Assembly: GCA_963727185.1 (NCBI GenBank)
Contig: CAVSFP010000006.1
Coordinates: 259,135 to 323,134, forward strand
Length of the DNA stretch: 64,000 nt
DNA from: an uncultured Actinomycetes bacterium
Lineage (GTDB): Bacteria; Actinomycetota; UBA4738; HRBIN12
Reading direction: 5' to 3'
Part shown: positions 31,748-40,739 of the stretch, one piece after another
Layout of the letters: every line of letters starts with the position of its first letter
How positions within the stretch are numbered: position 1 is the stretch's first letter
Made by a program: the position numbers and the translations under genes
Notes under the pieces: model-generated
What the model saw: the letters and a program-made list of their open reading frames with translations, nothing else
Databases searched by the model: none
Told to the model about the DNA's origin: nothing

Positions 31748-32551
31748 CTAGCAGACCGCCATCAGGTAGGGGTACGGGTCTACCGCGCTGCCGTTGCCCG
31801 GGTGCCACTCGAAGTGATCGTGCGGGCCGCCGGCGTCTCCGGTCGAGCCGACGTAGCCGATCACATCTCCGGCCTTCACCGGTCCGAGCTTGCCGTAGGC
31901 GGACAGGTGCGCGTTGTAGACGTAGCCGTTCGGACCGCGGACGAAGACCGCGTTGCCGCCGAGCCAGTTGTGGTTGGCTTCGGCGATCCCGTCGAACGGC
32001 GCCACGATCGGCTGGCCGCTGGCGGCCATCATGTCGTCGCCCTGATGGATGTGCGCGGGGACGCCCTGGCGATGCGGGATCGCGTAGCCGAAGTTGTTCG
32101 TGACGTCGACCGACCCACGGACGGGGCAGTAACGGAAGATGCCGTAGGTCTGGACCCATGTCGAGAGATCCATCCGCCGGCTCCGGAGCACGAGCGTACG
32201 GTGGCGGACATTGTGCTCGAGCTTGTGCAGACGCTGGCGCAGGGAGCGGCGGAGCTTCGCGAGGTGCTCGGAGTTCTGATTGAACCGCTGGCGATCGGAC
32301 GCGAGCGTCGGACCGATGGCCCTGACCTTGGTGATCCGCGCCTGGATGTTCCGGATCTGGTGGTGGAGGTTCTGCCGCGCGACCCGCCTGAAATCGTGGA
32401 GGATCTCCAACTTGCGGACCGTGACCTTGCGCTCGTGCAACGCACGGCTGATTGCATTGTCGGCGTGCGCCGACACGACCAGCCCGCCGATGACGAGCGT
32501 GGCGCAGACGGCGAGCGAGACACCGCGCGTGACGAGCTTCTTGCGATCCAA
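31748..32551 (-). CDS. M23 family metallopeptidase with N-terminal anchor and coiled coil
   Basis: Tentative TTG at 32551 follows a GGGGAGG. HIHQGDDM (HxxxD) and HDHFEWH (HxH) motifs. Confidence 0.85.
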   Translation of the reverse strand: MDRKKLVTRGVSLAVCATLVIGGLVVSAHADNAISRALHERKVTVRKLEILHDFRRVARQNLHHQIRNIQARITKVRAIGPTLASDRQRFNQNSEHLAKLRRSLRQRLHKLEHNVRHRTLVLRSRRMDLSTWVQTYGIFRYCPVRGSVDVTNNFGYAIPHRQGVPAHIHQGDDMMAASGQPIVAPFDGIAEANHNWLGGNAVFVRGPNGYVYNAHLSAYGKLGPVKAGDVIGYVGSTGDAGGPHDHFEWHPGNGSAVDPYPYLMAVC

Positions 32552-32711
32552 GACCTTCAACCTCCCCAGTTGGAACCTCGAGAACCATCCCGGGTATCGG
32601 CAGAACGGGCCCGATTTCTTGAGCGTCGATGTCACGTTCGAGGGTTCAGACGCGTGTCGCAGACGCCGATGGGATGGAAGGGCCGGCATCGCCGGGCCCA
32701 TCGCCGGGTCG

Positions 32712-34721
32712 ATGTTGTCGTTACCGAGGGACGTGGGGGGTCACACGTTGCAGACCGATCGACGCACTCGCGACCGGGTCCGCCTCTTCTTCTGGGCGGT
32801 CCTCACGGTCGTCTGCCTCGTCGCCGTCGTGGTGGCGCGCCAGCAGCAGACGCAAGGGTTGCAGCGCAAGACTGCCGCTGCGCAGGAGCGTGCGGTCAGA
32901 TTCACGCAGAACGTGCTCGCCGGCACGCTCGATGCCCAGCGGGTCGCCCGGCCGATCGAACGTTCTGGATACGACCAGCTCCTGGCGACACTGAAGCACG
33001 GACTCTTCACCGATCAGCGCGTTGTCCGCGTCAGGGTCTGGGATGCGGACGGCTTGCTCGTCTTCACGACTGACGATCCCTCCCAGATCGGCGTCACGAA
33101 GTCGAACGACGCGTCCCTCCGCTCCGCAATGCGCGGCGACATGGTCAGCGCGGTCGTGAACGAGTCGTTCGCGCGTGACCGATCGACGACGCCGGAGCCC
33201 ACGGCATTGCTCTCGACGTTCGTCCCGCTCCGGACGCCCGACAAGGCGAACGTGTACGGGGTCGTCCAGATCGACAACGACTATGCACTCATGGTTGACG
33301 CCGCGTCGTCTCCGTGGAAGCAGATGCAGATCGCGTTTGCCATCGTGGCGATCCTCTGCCTGGTGATGGCGATCGTGTCCTTCGTGTGGTCGCACCGGAA
33401 GGAGGAGGTTGCCGGGTTCGGTCCCAGCAGCCGCGAGGTTCGCGCGGGGGCTCGTGACGAGAAGAAGGCGACCGCGGCGCAAGCCGAGGCAGCGAAGCTC
33501 CGAGAACGGGTGAAGGAGCTCGAAGGCAAGAGCAAGTCAGTCGCCGAGCAGCAGCTCGAGCTGGAGAAGCTCCGGGGGCGCATCGCCGAGTTCGAGCAGC
33601 GCCCCGCTCCCGCCGGAACCGATCCTGCCGAGGTGGAGCAGCTCAAGGCGCATGCGAAACAGCTCGAAGAGCAGGCGCGCGGGGCAGAGTCGCGGGTCTC
33701 GCAACTCCAATCACGGGTCACGGAGATGGAGGCGCAGCTCCGCGTGACGACCGATCAGATGAAGATCGCCCAGAAACGGGCGGAGGAGGCGCAGGCCACC
33801 CCGGAGGTCGACCCGAACGTCGTGCCGGCCCCGATCCAGGCCAAGCTGGACGCTGCGGCCGAGACCGAGCAACTCCTGCGGGACGAGCTTGAGTCGGCCC
33901 GCGCGGCGACGCAACGGGTGGAGCAGGAGCGTGAGGCGCTCGTGCAGGCCCACGAGGAAGAGATGCGATCGCAAGCCGCGCAGCTCGACCAGGTCCGGGT
34001 GAACGCGCGACTGGCCGAGGAAGAGCGTCAGCGGATCCTCGCCGAGGCTGCGGGCGGTCCGACCGCCGACGTGATCCCACCGGACGCGCAAGCGCAGATC
34101 GCGGAGCTCACGCAGCAGCTCGAACGCTCGGAAGCGGAGCGGGCGATGCTTCGGGCCGGCCGTCCCGAGACCGTGTACGAGGCGCGGAACCGACAGTTGG
34201 AGGACGATCTCGCAGAGCTTCGTGCCCAGCTGTCCGGGGGAGCGGCTCGACCTCGACCCCAGGATGCGCCGGATGCTCACGTGGATGCCGCTGTGGATGC
34301 CGGGGTGGATCCCGCCGTGCTCGGGGCGCTCGAGGAACGGGTCGCCGCCGCGGAAGAGCGGGCCCGCGAGGCCGAGCGGCGGCTGGATGAGGCGAAGCCG
34401 CGGCGTTCCCGGTCGCGCTCGACGCAGCGCGCGAACGGCAACGGCAACGGGACCGGTCGGGAGAACGGCAAGGCGGAGGGCGACGGGACCGCGAACGACG
34501 GCGTCGACGCTCCCGCGGCGGAGAGCGTGGATCAGCCTGTCGATGTGGTGCCGGAAGAGCTCGCCGCCGCCGAGCCCGTGCTGGACGACGAAGCGCTCGA
34601 GAAGGCGAAGGTGGACGGGAGCGAGCTCCGGAGCCGGTTGGTGCGCAGCACCGATGCCAGGCGACGCGGTATCTCCACCCCCACCGCCGTGCCGACCCCC
34701 GGGCCGACGAAGCGCCGCTAG
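32712..34721 (+). CDS. membrane protein: two TM helices around a ~200-aa ectodomain, then a ~430-aa cytoplasmic coiled coil
   Basis: In-frame ATG at 32712. TM1 LFFWAVLTVVCLVAVVVA and TM2 IAFAIVAILCLVMAIVSFVW. A long heptad-like E/A/Q/R-rich region. No enzymatic domain recognised. Confidence 0.68.
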   Translation: MLSLPRDVGGHTLQTDRRTRDRVRLFFWAVLTVVCLVAVVVARQQQTQGLQRKTAAAQERAVRFTQNVLAGTLDAQRVARPIERSGYDQLLATLKHGLFTDQRVVRVRVWDADGLLVFTTDDPSQIGVTKSNDASLRSAMRGDMVSAVVNESFARDRSTTPEPTALLSTFVPLRTPDKANVYGVVQIDNDYALMVDAASSPWKQMQIAFAIVAILCLVMAIVSFVWSHRKEEVAGFGPSSREVRAGARDEKKATAAQAEAAKLRERVKELEGKSKSVAEQQLELEKLRGRIAEFEQRPAPAGTDPAEVEQLKAHAKQLEEQARGAESRVSQLQSRVTEMEAQLRVTTDQMKIAQKRAEEAQATPEVDPNVVPAPIQAKLDAAAETEQLLRDELESARAATQRVEQEREALVQAHEEEMRSQAAQLDQVRVNARLAEEERQRILAEAAGGPTADVIPPDAQAQIAELTQQLERSEAERAMLRAGRPETVYEARNRQLEDDLAELRAQLSGGAARPRPQDAPDAHVDAAVDAGVDPAVLGALEERVAAAEERAREAERRLDEAKPRRSRSRSTQRANGNGNGTGRENGKAEGDGTANDGVDAPAAESVDQPVDVVPEELAAAEPVLDDEALEKAKVDGSELRSRLVRSTDARRRGISTPTAVPTPGPTKRR

Positions 34722-35293
34722 AGCGCGAGCTGATCGACCGCGTACGTGTCGCGGAGTCGCTGGTCGATCTCATCGAACCGCAACCACGCCTGCGGGCGCA
34801 TCCCGTAGCGGCCGGCCATCTCCGCGTGGTCATCGCACATCGGCAACAACTCGCCACGTTGGAACCAGCCGACCACCGACGGTGTGACGCCGTGCGTTCC
34901 CCACTGCCAGAAGCAGAACTGGCAGATCAACCCGAGCCGTTGTGGGTAGCCGTACCGCGCGCGGTACCCCAGCTCGTGCTCGATGACCCGTCCCCACAGG
35001 GCCACGCGGCCCAGGACGGCCGGGCACCGTGTACGGCGCAACACGTCAAGGCCGTGCGTGCCGTGGAGGCCGCAGGTGCATCCGAGGTGCGGAGCTTCGT
35101 GGAGCGGTCCGAGCATCCGGCATCCGGCTTCTGCCGGACGTCCGGGGAGCCAGGGCCGGCCGCGGCCCGCGACCGGGCGCAGCAGGAGGTGTGATCCATC
35201 GCGGCGGCCGGTGAGCGCCCACGCTCTCCACGCCAGGACGGGTTCGGTCGCGGTGTCGACCGGCAGTGAACGATCGAGCGTCGACCGGGTCAC
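34718..35293 (-). CDS. Cys/His-rich conserved hypothetical protein
   Basis: Track ORF with GTG at 35293. HLGCTCGLHG, LICQFCFW and PMCDDH blocks. Confidence 0.58.
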   Translation of the reverse strand: MTRSTLDRSLPVDTATEPVLAWRAWALTGRRDGSHLLLRPVAGRGRPWLPGRPAEAGCRMLGPLHEAPHLGCTCGLHGTHGLDVLRRTRCPAVLGRVALWGRVIEHELGYRARYGYPQRLGLICQFCFWQWGTHGVTPSVVGWFQRGELLPMCDDHAEMAGRYGMRPQAWLRFDEIDQRLRDTYAVDQLAL

Positions 35294-35299
35294 GGCGCG

Positions 35300-35425
35300 T
35301 TACGGAGCGGGCTGGGCGGGCTCGGGCGTCTTCGCCGGCTGCGGCTCCGGTGTGGGCAGCGTCTCCGGCAAGGGAAGCGATACGGGCTCGACCTCGATGA
35401 TGCGCTTGGGCTGACCGATGTCCAC
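35300..35425 (-). CDS. 41-aa Pro-rich peptide (below track cutoff as an independent gene)
   Basis: GTG at 35425 lies 6 nt after a GAGGAGG RBS. VDIGQPKRIIEVEPVSLPLPETLPTPEPQPAKTPEPAQPAP. The TAA stop is 4 nt before the next start. Confidence 0.45.
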   Translation of the reverse strand: MDIGQPKRIIEVEPVSLPLPETLPTPEPQPAKTPEPAQPAP

Positions 35426-35537
35426 GGCTGGCCTCCTCGCCGGCTGGGCGTTCCTCGCGCGACAACGGCCAGGGTACTCCTCCGGAAGGGACCGTCGCCA
35501 GATGCCGTTGCGGCATGTTGCCCGGGCCTGCGTCGCC

Positions 35538-36647
35538 TCACGCGAGCGCGAGTCGGTAGATGGCCTGCGGGTCGCTGAAGTAGATCTGCCCGTCCGGCCC
35601 TGTTTCCATCGAGTAGACCGCGCCCGAAGGAGCGTCCAGGACGTCGATCGCGCCCCCCGACACGTCATCTCGGGCGGCGTTCAGGGCGACACGACGGAGC
35701 ACGCCGGTGTTCACGTCGCCGAAGAACAGCTGGCCTTCGACCTGGCTCCCCAGGCCGCATCCGTCGCAGAAGGCGTCCCCGGTGATGCCGATCGTTCCAT
35801 CGAACCAGAGCTTGGGCAGGGTCCGAGGCGTCGGACCGCTGTTGTTCGTGTCCCCCGGGGCGTTGCCTCCGCAGTTCTCGCTCGGCCCCCAGCCGAAGTT
35901 CCCGCCGCCGGCGATCCGGTTGATCTCGTCGTTGCATTCGGGGCCGTTCTCCGTCTCCCACAGGCTGTCGGTCTGCGGGTCGAACGTGAAGCCGAACGAA
36001 TTCCGGATGCCGAACGCGAACACGAGACTGCCGGCGATCGGGTTGTCCGACGGCACCCCTCCGGACGGCGTCATGCGCAGGATCTTCCCGCGGAGGTTCG
36101 CCCCCAGGTCCTGCGCGTTCGCGCTGTCGTGGCCGTCGCCGACGATCGCGTAGAGCATGCTGTCGGGCCCGAACAGGATGCGCCCGCCGTTGTGGTACGG
36201 GCTCGAGCTCGCGGGCTGCGACATCAGGACGCGCATCTGCGTGTGCCCGTTCGAACGGGTGATCTTCAGGATCTGGTTCATCAAGCCGCTCCCGGTCGAT
36301 CGGGTCGCGTAGACGTAGAGCGTCCGTGGGTTCGGCCAGCCGGGATCTGCGGCGACGCCGAGGGTGCCGCGCTCTCCCTCACCGTTGACGCCGTGCACCG
36401 TGAAGAAGCGCTTGTTCGCCTTGGTCTTCGGGTCGTAGATGTGGATCTGCCCGGTCCCCCGCTCCAGATAGACGATGCGCCCGTCGTTCAGGAAGGTGAA
36501 GCCGGCCGGTCCGCGTAGGCCTCCGACCACGCGACGCGCGACGATCCCTCCTCCCGCCTGCGCGCTCGTTCCGCCGAGCGCGGCGACGGTCGTGCACGCG
36601 AGCATGAGGACGGCGAACAGGTGGACGAGCGACCGGTTGCGGCGCAT
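35538..36647 (-). CDS. PQQ-dependent soluble sugar (glucose/sorbosone) dehydrogenase, secreted
   Basis: Track ORF with a signal peptide and beta-propeller blocks (YLERGTGQIHIYD, HNGGRILFGPD, PSDNP, GIRNSFGFTFDP, NDEIN). Confidence 0.85.
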   Translation of the reverse strand: MRRNRSLVHLFAVLMLACTTVAALGGTSAQAGGGIVARRVVGGLRGPAGFTFLNDGRIVYLERGTGQIHIYDPKTKANKRFFTVHGVNGEGERGTLGVAADPGWPNPRTLYVYATRSTGSGLMNQILKITRSNGHTQMRVLMSQPASSSPYHNGGRILFGPDSMLYAIVGDGHDSANAQDLGANLRGKILRMTPSGGVPSDNPIAGSLVFAFGIRNSFGFTFDPQTDSLWETENGPECNDEINRIAGGGNFGWGPSENCGGNAPGDTNNSGPTPRTLPKLWFDGTIGITGDAFCDGCGLGSQVEGQLFFGDVNTGVLRRVALNAARDDVSGGAIDVLDAPSGAVYSMETGPDGQIYFSDPQAIYRLALA

Positions 36648-36691
36648 GGGTTCCTCCCTCGGTGGGTGCGGTTCGTGGCTAGCATGAGCGC

Positions 36692-39004
36692 GTGAGCTTG
36701 CCTCCCTCGATGTTCGGCGTTCCCGCGCTCCGCTCCGAAGACCCGCGGTTCCTTCGGGGCGATGGCATGTACCTCGAGAACATCCAGATCCCGGATGCGC
36801 TCCGCGCCGTGTTCGTGCGTTCCATCATGCCGCACGGACGGCTGAGCGGCATCGAAGGGTTGGAAGGAGCGCGGTCGATGCCGGGGGTCGTGGCCGTGTT
36901 CACCGCCGACGACCTGCACATCGCTCCGCAGCCACCGAGCGGCAACGTCGAGGGAGCGAGCGGCTCGTTGGAGGGTCCGTTCGCCCGAGAGGTGCTCGCG
37001 CGCGACACGGTTCGTTACGTCGGAGAGCCCATCGCCGTGGTGATCGCCGATTCGCTGGCCCACGGACAGGACGCGGCGGAGATGGTCTGGCCGGCGGTCG
37101 ACGCGCTCGATGCCGTGACTGACGTGGAGGCGGCGTTCGCGGACGGTGCGCCGGTGCTCTTCCCGGCCCACGGTTCGAACGTGGCGCATTCGTTCGAGCA
37201 GCAGTGGGATGCGGACGCGCTGGCGGGAGCGGATGTCGTCGCGAGCGCACGGGTCGTGCAGCAGCGTCTTGCCCCGGTACCCATGGAGACGAACGCGATC
37301 GCCGTGGTGCCCGAGGACGACGGCGGATACACGATCTGGTGTTCGACGCAGGTGCCGTTCGACGTGCGGAGCGACCTTGCCGAGCTGCTCGAGGTCGACA
37401 AGAAGCAGGTTCGGATCGTGGCGCCCGACGTGGGCGGCGGGTTCGGCGCCAAGCTGATCGTGTATCCGGAGTTCGCGGTCGTGGCGGCGGCGGCCAAGGC
37501 GCTGGGCCGTGCGATCCGGTGGGCCGAGACGCGCTCGGAGAGCATGCTGAACCTCAACCACGGGCGTGCGCAGGTGCAGCACGTCGAGATCGGCGCGAAG
37601 CGAGACGGGACCGTGGTCGGCATGCGCGTTGAGCTGCTCGCCGACATGGGCGCCTATCCGGTCGGGGCGTTCCTGCCCACGACCACGCAGGAGATGCTCG
37701 CCGGCGTCTACACGATCCCCGTGATCGCATCGCGTGGATGGAGCGTGGTCACGAACGCCACGCCGGTCGCCGCCTACCGCGGCGCGGGCAGGCCGGAGGC
37801 CACGGCGCTGGTCGAGCGTGCGATTGACCTGATCGCGGCGGAGCTCGGGATGGATCCCGTCGATGTCCGGCGGAAGAACATGATCCCCGCCGACGTCTTC
37901 CCGTACCGGACCGCATCCGGCACGACGTACGACATCGGGAACTACGAGCTCGCGCTCGACGAGGCGCTGAAGATCGCGGACGTGCCGAAGCTCCGGGCGG
38001 AGCAGGCCTCACGACGGGAGCGGGGCGACCACCTGCTGCTCGGCATCGGCGTCAGCACGTACGTCGAGATCACGGCGTTCGCGTCGAAGGAGTTCGGCTC
38101 GGCGCAGGTGCACGCCGACGGCACCGTGACCGTGCTGACCGGTGTGTCGCCGCAGGGACAGGGCCACGAAACGGCGATGGCACAGATCGCCTCGGCGGTT
38201 CTGGGCGTGCCGTTCGAGTCGGTGCGGGTCGTCCACTCGGATAGCGCGGTCGTGCCGCGCGGGGCGGGCACGTGGGGTTCGCGCTCGCTGCAGGTCGGCG
38301 GCTCGGCGGTCGCCGAGCAGACGCAGGCCGTCGTGGCGAAGGCCCGCACGCTCGCGTCGCACCTGCTCGAGGTGGACGAAGCCGATCTCCCGGAACCGCT
38401 CGACGGGGGGTTCGAAGTCGCGGGTGCGCCGGAGCGCGCGATCACGTGGGCGGAGCTCGCGGTGGCCGCGGACGACCCGTCGCGGCTGCCGGAAGGCATG
38501 ACCCCCGGCCTCGTCGCGTCGGGAACGTTCCGCGAGTTGGAGTCGACGTTCCCGTTCGGCGCGCACGTGGCAGTCGTCGAGGTCGACGTTCAAACCGGGG
38601 ACGCGCGGCTGGTGCGCCACGTCGCCGTCGACGACTGCGGCCGGATCCTCAACCCGATGCTCGTGGACGGGCAGGTCCACGGGGGACTTGCGCAGGGCAT
38701 CGCGCAAGCGTTGTACGAGGAGGTCCGCTACGACGAGATAGGGAACCCGGTGAGCGGCAACCTGTCGACGTACGGCATGCCGGCCGCGTCGGAGCTGCCG
38801 TGGTTCGAGATCGCGCACACGGAGACCCCGACGCCGTTGAACCCGCTGGGTGTGAAGGGGATCGGCGAATCGGCCACGATCGGGTCGACCCCGGCCGTGC
38901 AGAGCGCGGTGATCGACGCGCTGTCGCACTTGGGCGTGCGCCACATCGACCTGCCGCTCTCGCCGGAGCGCGTGTGGTGCGCGATCCGCGACGCTACGTC
39001 GTGA
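36692..39004 (+). CDS. xanthine dehydrogenase family molybdopterin-binding large subunit (CoxL form-II-like)
   Basis: Intact 770-aa track ORF with GGGFG, AAYRGAGRPEA and GIGESATIGS blocks. Confidence 0.9.
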   Translation: MSLPPSMFGVPALRSEDPRFLRGDGMYLENIQIPDALRAVFVRSIMPHGRLSGIEGLEGARSMPGVVAVFTADDLHIAPQPPSGNVEGASGSLEGPFAREVLARDTVRYVGEPIAVVIADSLAHGQDAAEMVWPAVDALDAVTDVEAAFADGAPVLFPAHGSNVAHSFEQQWDADALAGADVVASARVVQQRLAPVPMETNAIAVVPEDDGGYTIWCSTQVPFDVRSDLAELLEVDKKQVRIVAPDVGGGFGAKLIVYPEFAVVAAAAKALGRAIRWAETRSESMLNLNHGRAQVQHVEIGAKRDGTVVGMRVELLADMGAYPVGAFLPTTTQEMLAGVYTIPVIASRGWSVVTNATPVAAYRGAGRPEATALVERAIDLIAAELGMDPVDVRRKNMIPADVFPYRTASGTTYDIGNYELALDEALKIADVPKLRAEQASRRERGDHLLLGIGVSTYVEITAFASKEFGSAQVHADGTVTVLTGVSPQGQGHETAMAQIASAVLGVPFESVRVVHSDSAVVPRGAGTWGSRSLQVGGSAVAEQTQAVVAKARTLASHLLEVDEADLPEPLDGGFEVAGAPERAITWAELAVAADDPSRLPEGMTPGLVASGTFRELESTFPFGAHVAVVEVDVQTGDARLVRHVAVDDCGRILNPMLVDGQVHGGLAQGIAQALYEEVRYDEIGNPVSGNLSTYGMPAASELPWFEIAHTETPTPLNPLGVKGIGESATIGSTPAVQSAVIDALSHLGVRHIDLPLSPERVWCAIRDATS

Positions 39005-40322
39005 CCGGTTCGCCGGTCGCGGCGAGGCGTTCGATCAGGGCGGCGGCACGGACGTTGCCGGGAGATGCCTGCAGCTGCTGCGACACCACCCGATGCCGAG
39101 GCTTCAGGTCGGCGTCGGCGAGCAACCCTCCGATCGCGTCGGTCAGCTGCTCGTCATCGAACCGGTACGTGTCCAGTCGCACGCCGTAGCCAAGCTCGTC
39201 CACGCGTTGCGCGTTGTCGTATTGATCCCAGAACAGCGGCAACACGATCATCGGCTTGCCGAAGTGGAAGCACTCCGTCACCGTGTTGTTGCCGCCGTGC
39301 GTGATGACCACGTCGACCTGCGGCAGGATCGACGGCTGCGGCAGGAACTCCTCGCCGAACATGTTGTCGGCGACCTTCAGCAGTTCGTGCTGCGGACCCT
39401 TGCTGACGATCACGCGGTAGTCGGTCGCGCCCAGGACGTCGATCAGGCGTTGCATCAACTCGACGTCGGCCGATCCGAGCGAGCCGAGCGACAGGTAGAC
39501 GAGCGGGGCAGCGCCCGGGAGCGCGGCGTCCACGTCGAACGGTGCATCGGTCCGCACGCTCGAGTCCAGCCGGTGCCAGGTCGGCGGGAGCGGGATCGCC
39601 CGGGGGTAGTCCGTCGCCTCCGGGAACAGGTACAGGTTGAGGAACGGCGACTCGTACATGTAGTCGCGCGCGCCCGGGAGCGGCGGCCCGCCGTGCTCGC
39701 GGAGCCATGCGTCGAACGCGGCGATCTGTGAACCCAGCACGCGGTCGTACTCCGACCAGAACGCGCTCCACTCGGACGTGTCGTCGGTGGGGTAGCCGGA
39801 GAACACGGGCGGGATCAGCTCGTCCTTCACCTCGCACGGGTTGCACGACACGATCCGCGCCCACGGTCTGCCGCTGGCGGGGATCGCGGCGAACGCCACC
39901 ACGTTGTCCTCGACGATCGCGTCGGGGGCGAGCTCGTCGAAGATCTCGGACAGGCGGTCGTTCGCGTACATCGAGCCGTCGATCAGCGCCTGCCACGTCG
40001 GCTGCAGGAACGTCTCGAGTTGCACGATGGTCGGCTTGCGGAACTCGGGCGCGGTCTCGCGGATGAAGTCCTTCCAGAACTGCCCCGGAACCTCGGGCTC
40101 CTCGGGCGGCGGCGCCAGACGCATCGTGGCTTCCTCGAAGCCCTTGGCCTCGAGCGTCCCGGCGAACGACTCCTCCACGACGAACACGACCCGGTGCCCG
40201 CGCTCCTTCAGCACGGTGCCGATGCCGACGCAATTGTTCGTGGGACCGAACGCCCCTTCCGGGAAGAACACCACCGTCTTCGGGTCGGTCACGCTCGCCT
40301 CCATCGGTCCGTTCGCGCGCAC
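38994..40322 (-). CDS. GT1 family (MGT/UDP-glycosyltransferase) glycosyltransferase
   Basis: Track ORF with the C-terminal signature THGGNNTVTECFHFGKPMIVLPLFWDQYDNA. The start may be ATG at 40304. Confidence 0.85.
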   Translation of the reverse strand: MRANGPMEASVTDPKTVVFFPEGAFGPTNNCVGIGTVLKERGHRVVFVVEESFAGTLEAKGFEEATMRLAPPPEEPEVPGQFWKDFIRETAPEFRKPTIVQLETFLQPTWQALIDGSMYANDRLSEIFDELAPDAIVEDNVVAFAAIPASGRPWARIVSCNPCEVKDELIPPVFSGYPTDDTSEWSAFWSEYDRVLGSQIAAFDAWLREHGGPPLPGARDYMYESPFLNLYLFPEATDYPRAIPLPPTWHRLDSSVRTDAPFDVDAALPGAAPLVYLSLGSLGSADVELMQRLIDVLGATDYRVIVSKGPQHELLKVADNMFGEEFLPQPSILPQVDVVITHGGNNTVTECFHFGKPMIVLPLFWDQYDNAQRVDELGYGVRLDTYRFDDEQLTDAIGGLLADADLKPRHRVVSQQLQASPGNVRAAALIERLAATGEPVTT

Positions 40323-40471
40323 AGTCTATGGGGACGACCGGGCGCACGGAACCGCACGAGGCCTTCGATCCTTTACGGGAACGCTCAGCTGTCTTTGACG
40401 TCCCTTTACGCACCCCTCTCTAGGGTGGGCGTGTCGGAGTCCGTGAGGAACGACGAGAGAAGGAGGAGACG

Positions 40472-40648
40472 ATGGTCGCACCCGGATCCATCGCGGATTG
40501 GGCCCTGTTCGCCGGCATGCTGGGATCGCTCTCGGCACTCGCCATCGCCGGGCACCGTTGGGTCTTTCAGGAGCATCTGATGCCCGAGCGGGTCCGGTCG
40601 CATCCTTTCATCGCGCCGGCGGGTCTGCCGGCACGCGTCTCGACGTAG
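40472..40648 (+). CDS. 58-aa membrane miniprotein (below track cutoff)
   Basis: ATG at 40472 lies 5 nt after an AAGGAGGAG RBS. One TM helix, WALFAGMLGSLSALAIAG. Confidence 0.4.
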   Translation: MVAPGSIADWALFAGMLGSLSALAIAGHRWVFQEHLMPERVRSHPFIAPAGLPARVST

Positions 40649-40739
40649 CGCGCGATCGGGTCCCGGGGGCTGGTCTGGAGATCCCCCGGGGCTCGGCGCG
40701 GGATGGCAGAACGAACGCCGGTATCGGTAGGCTTCCCGC

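Noticed and set aside
32552-32711. Leader of the M23 peptidase gene, examined for a ydaO-type cyclic-di-AMP riboswitch, which often precedes actinobacterial wall hydrolases
   Set aside because: The hallmark GGGGACCCA and GGGGUGAAUC-type blocks are absent. There are only loose CCGA/ACCCGG similarities.
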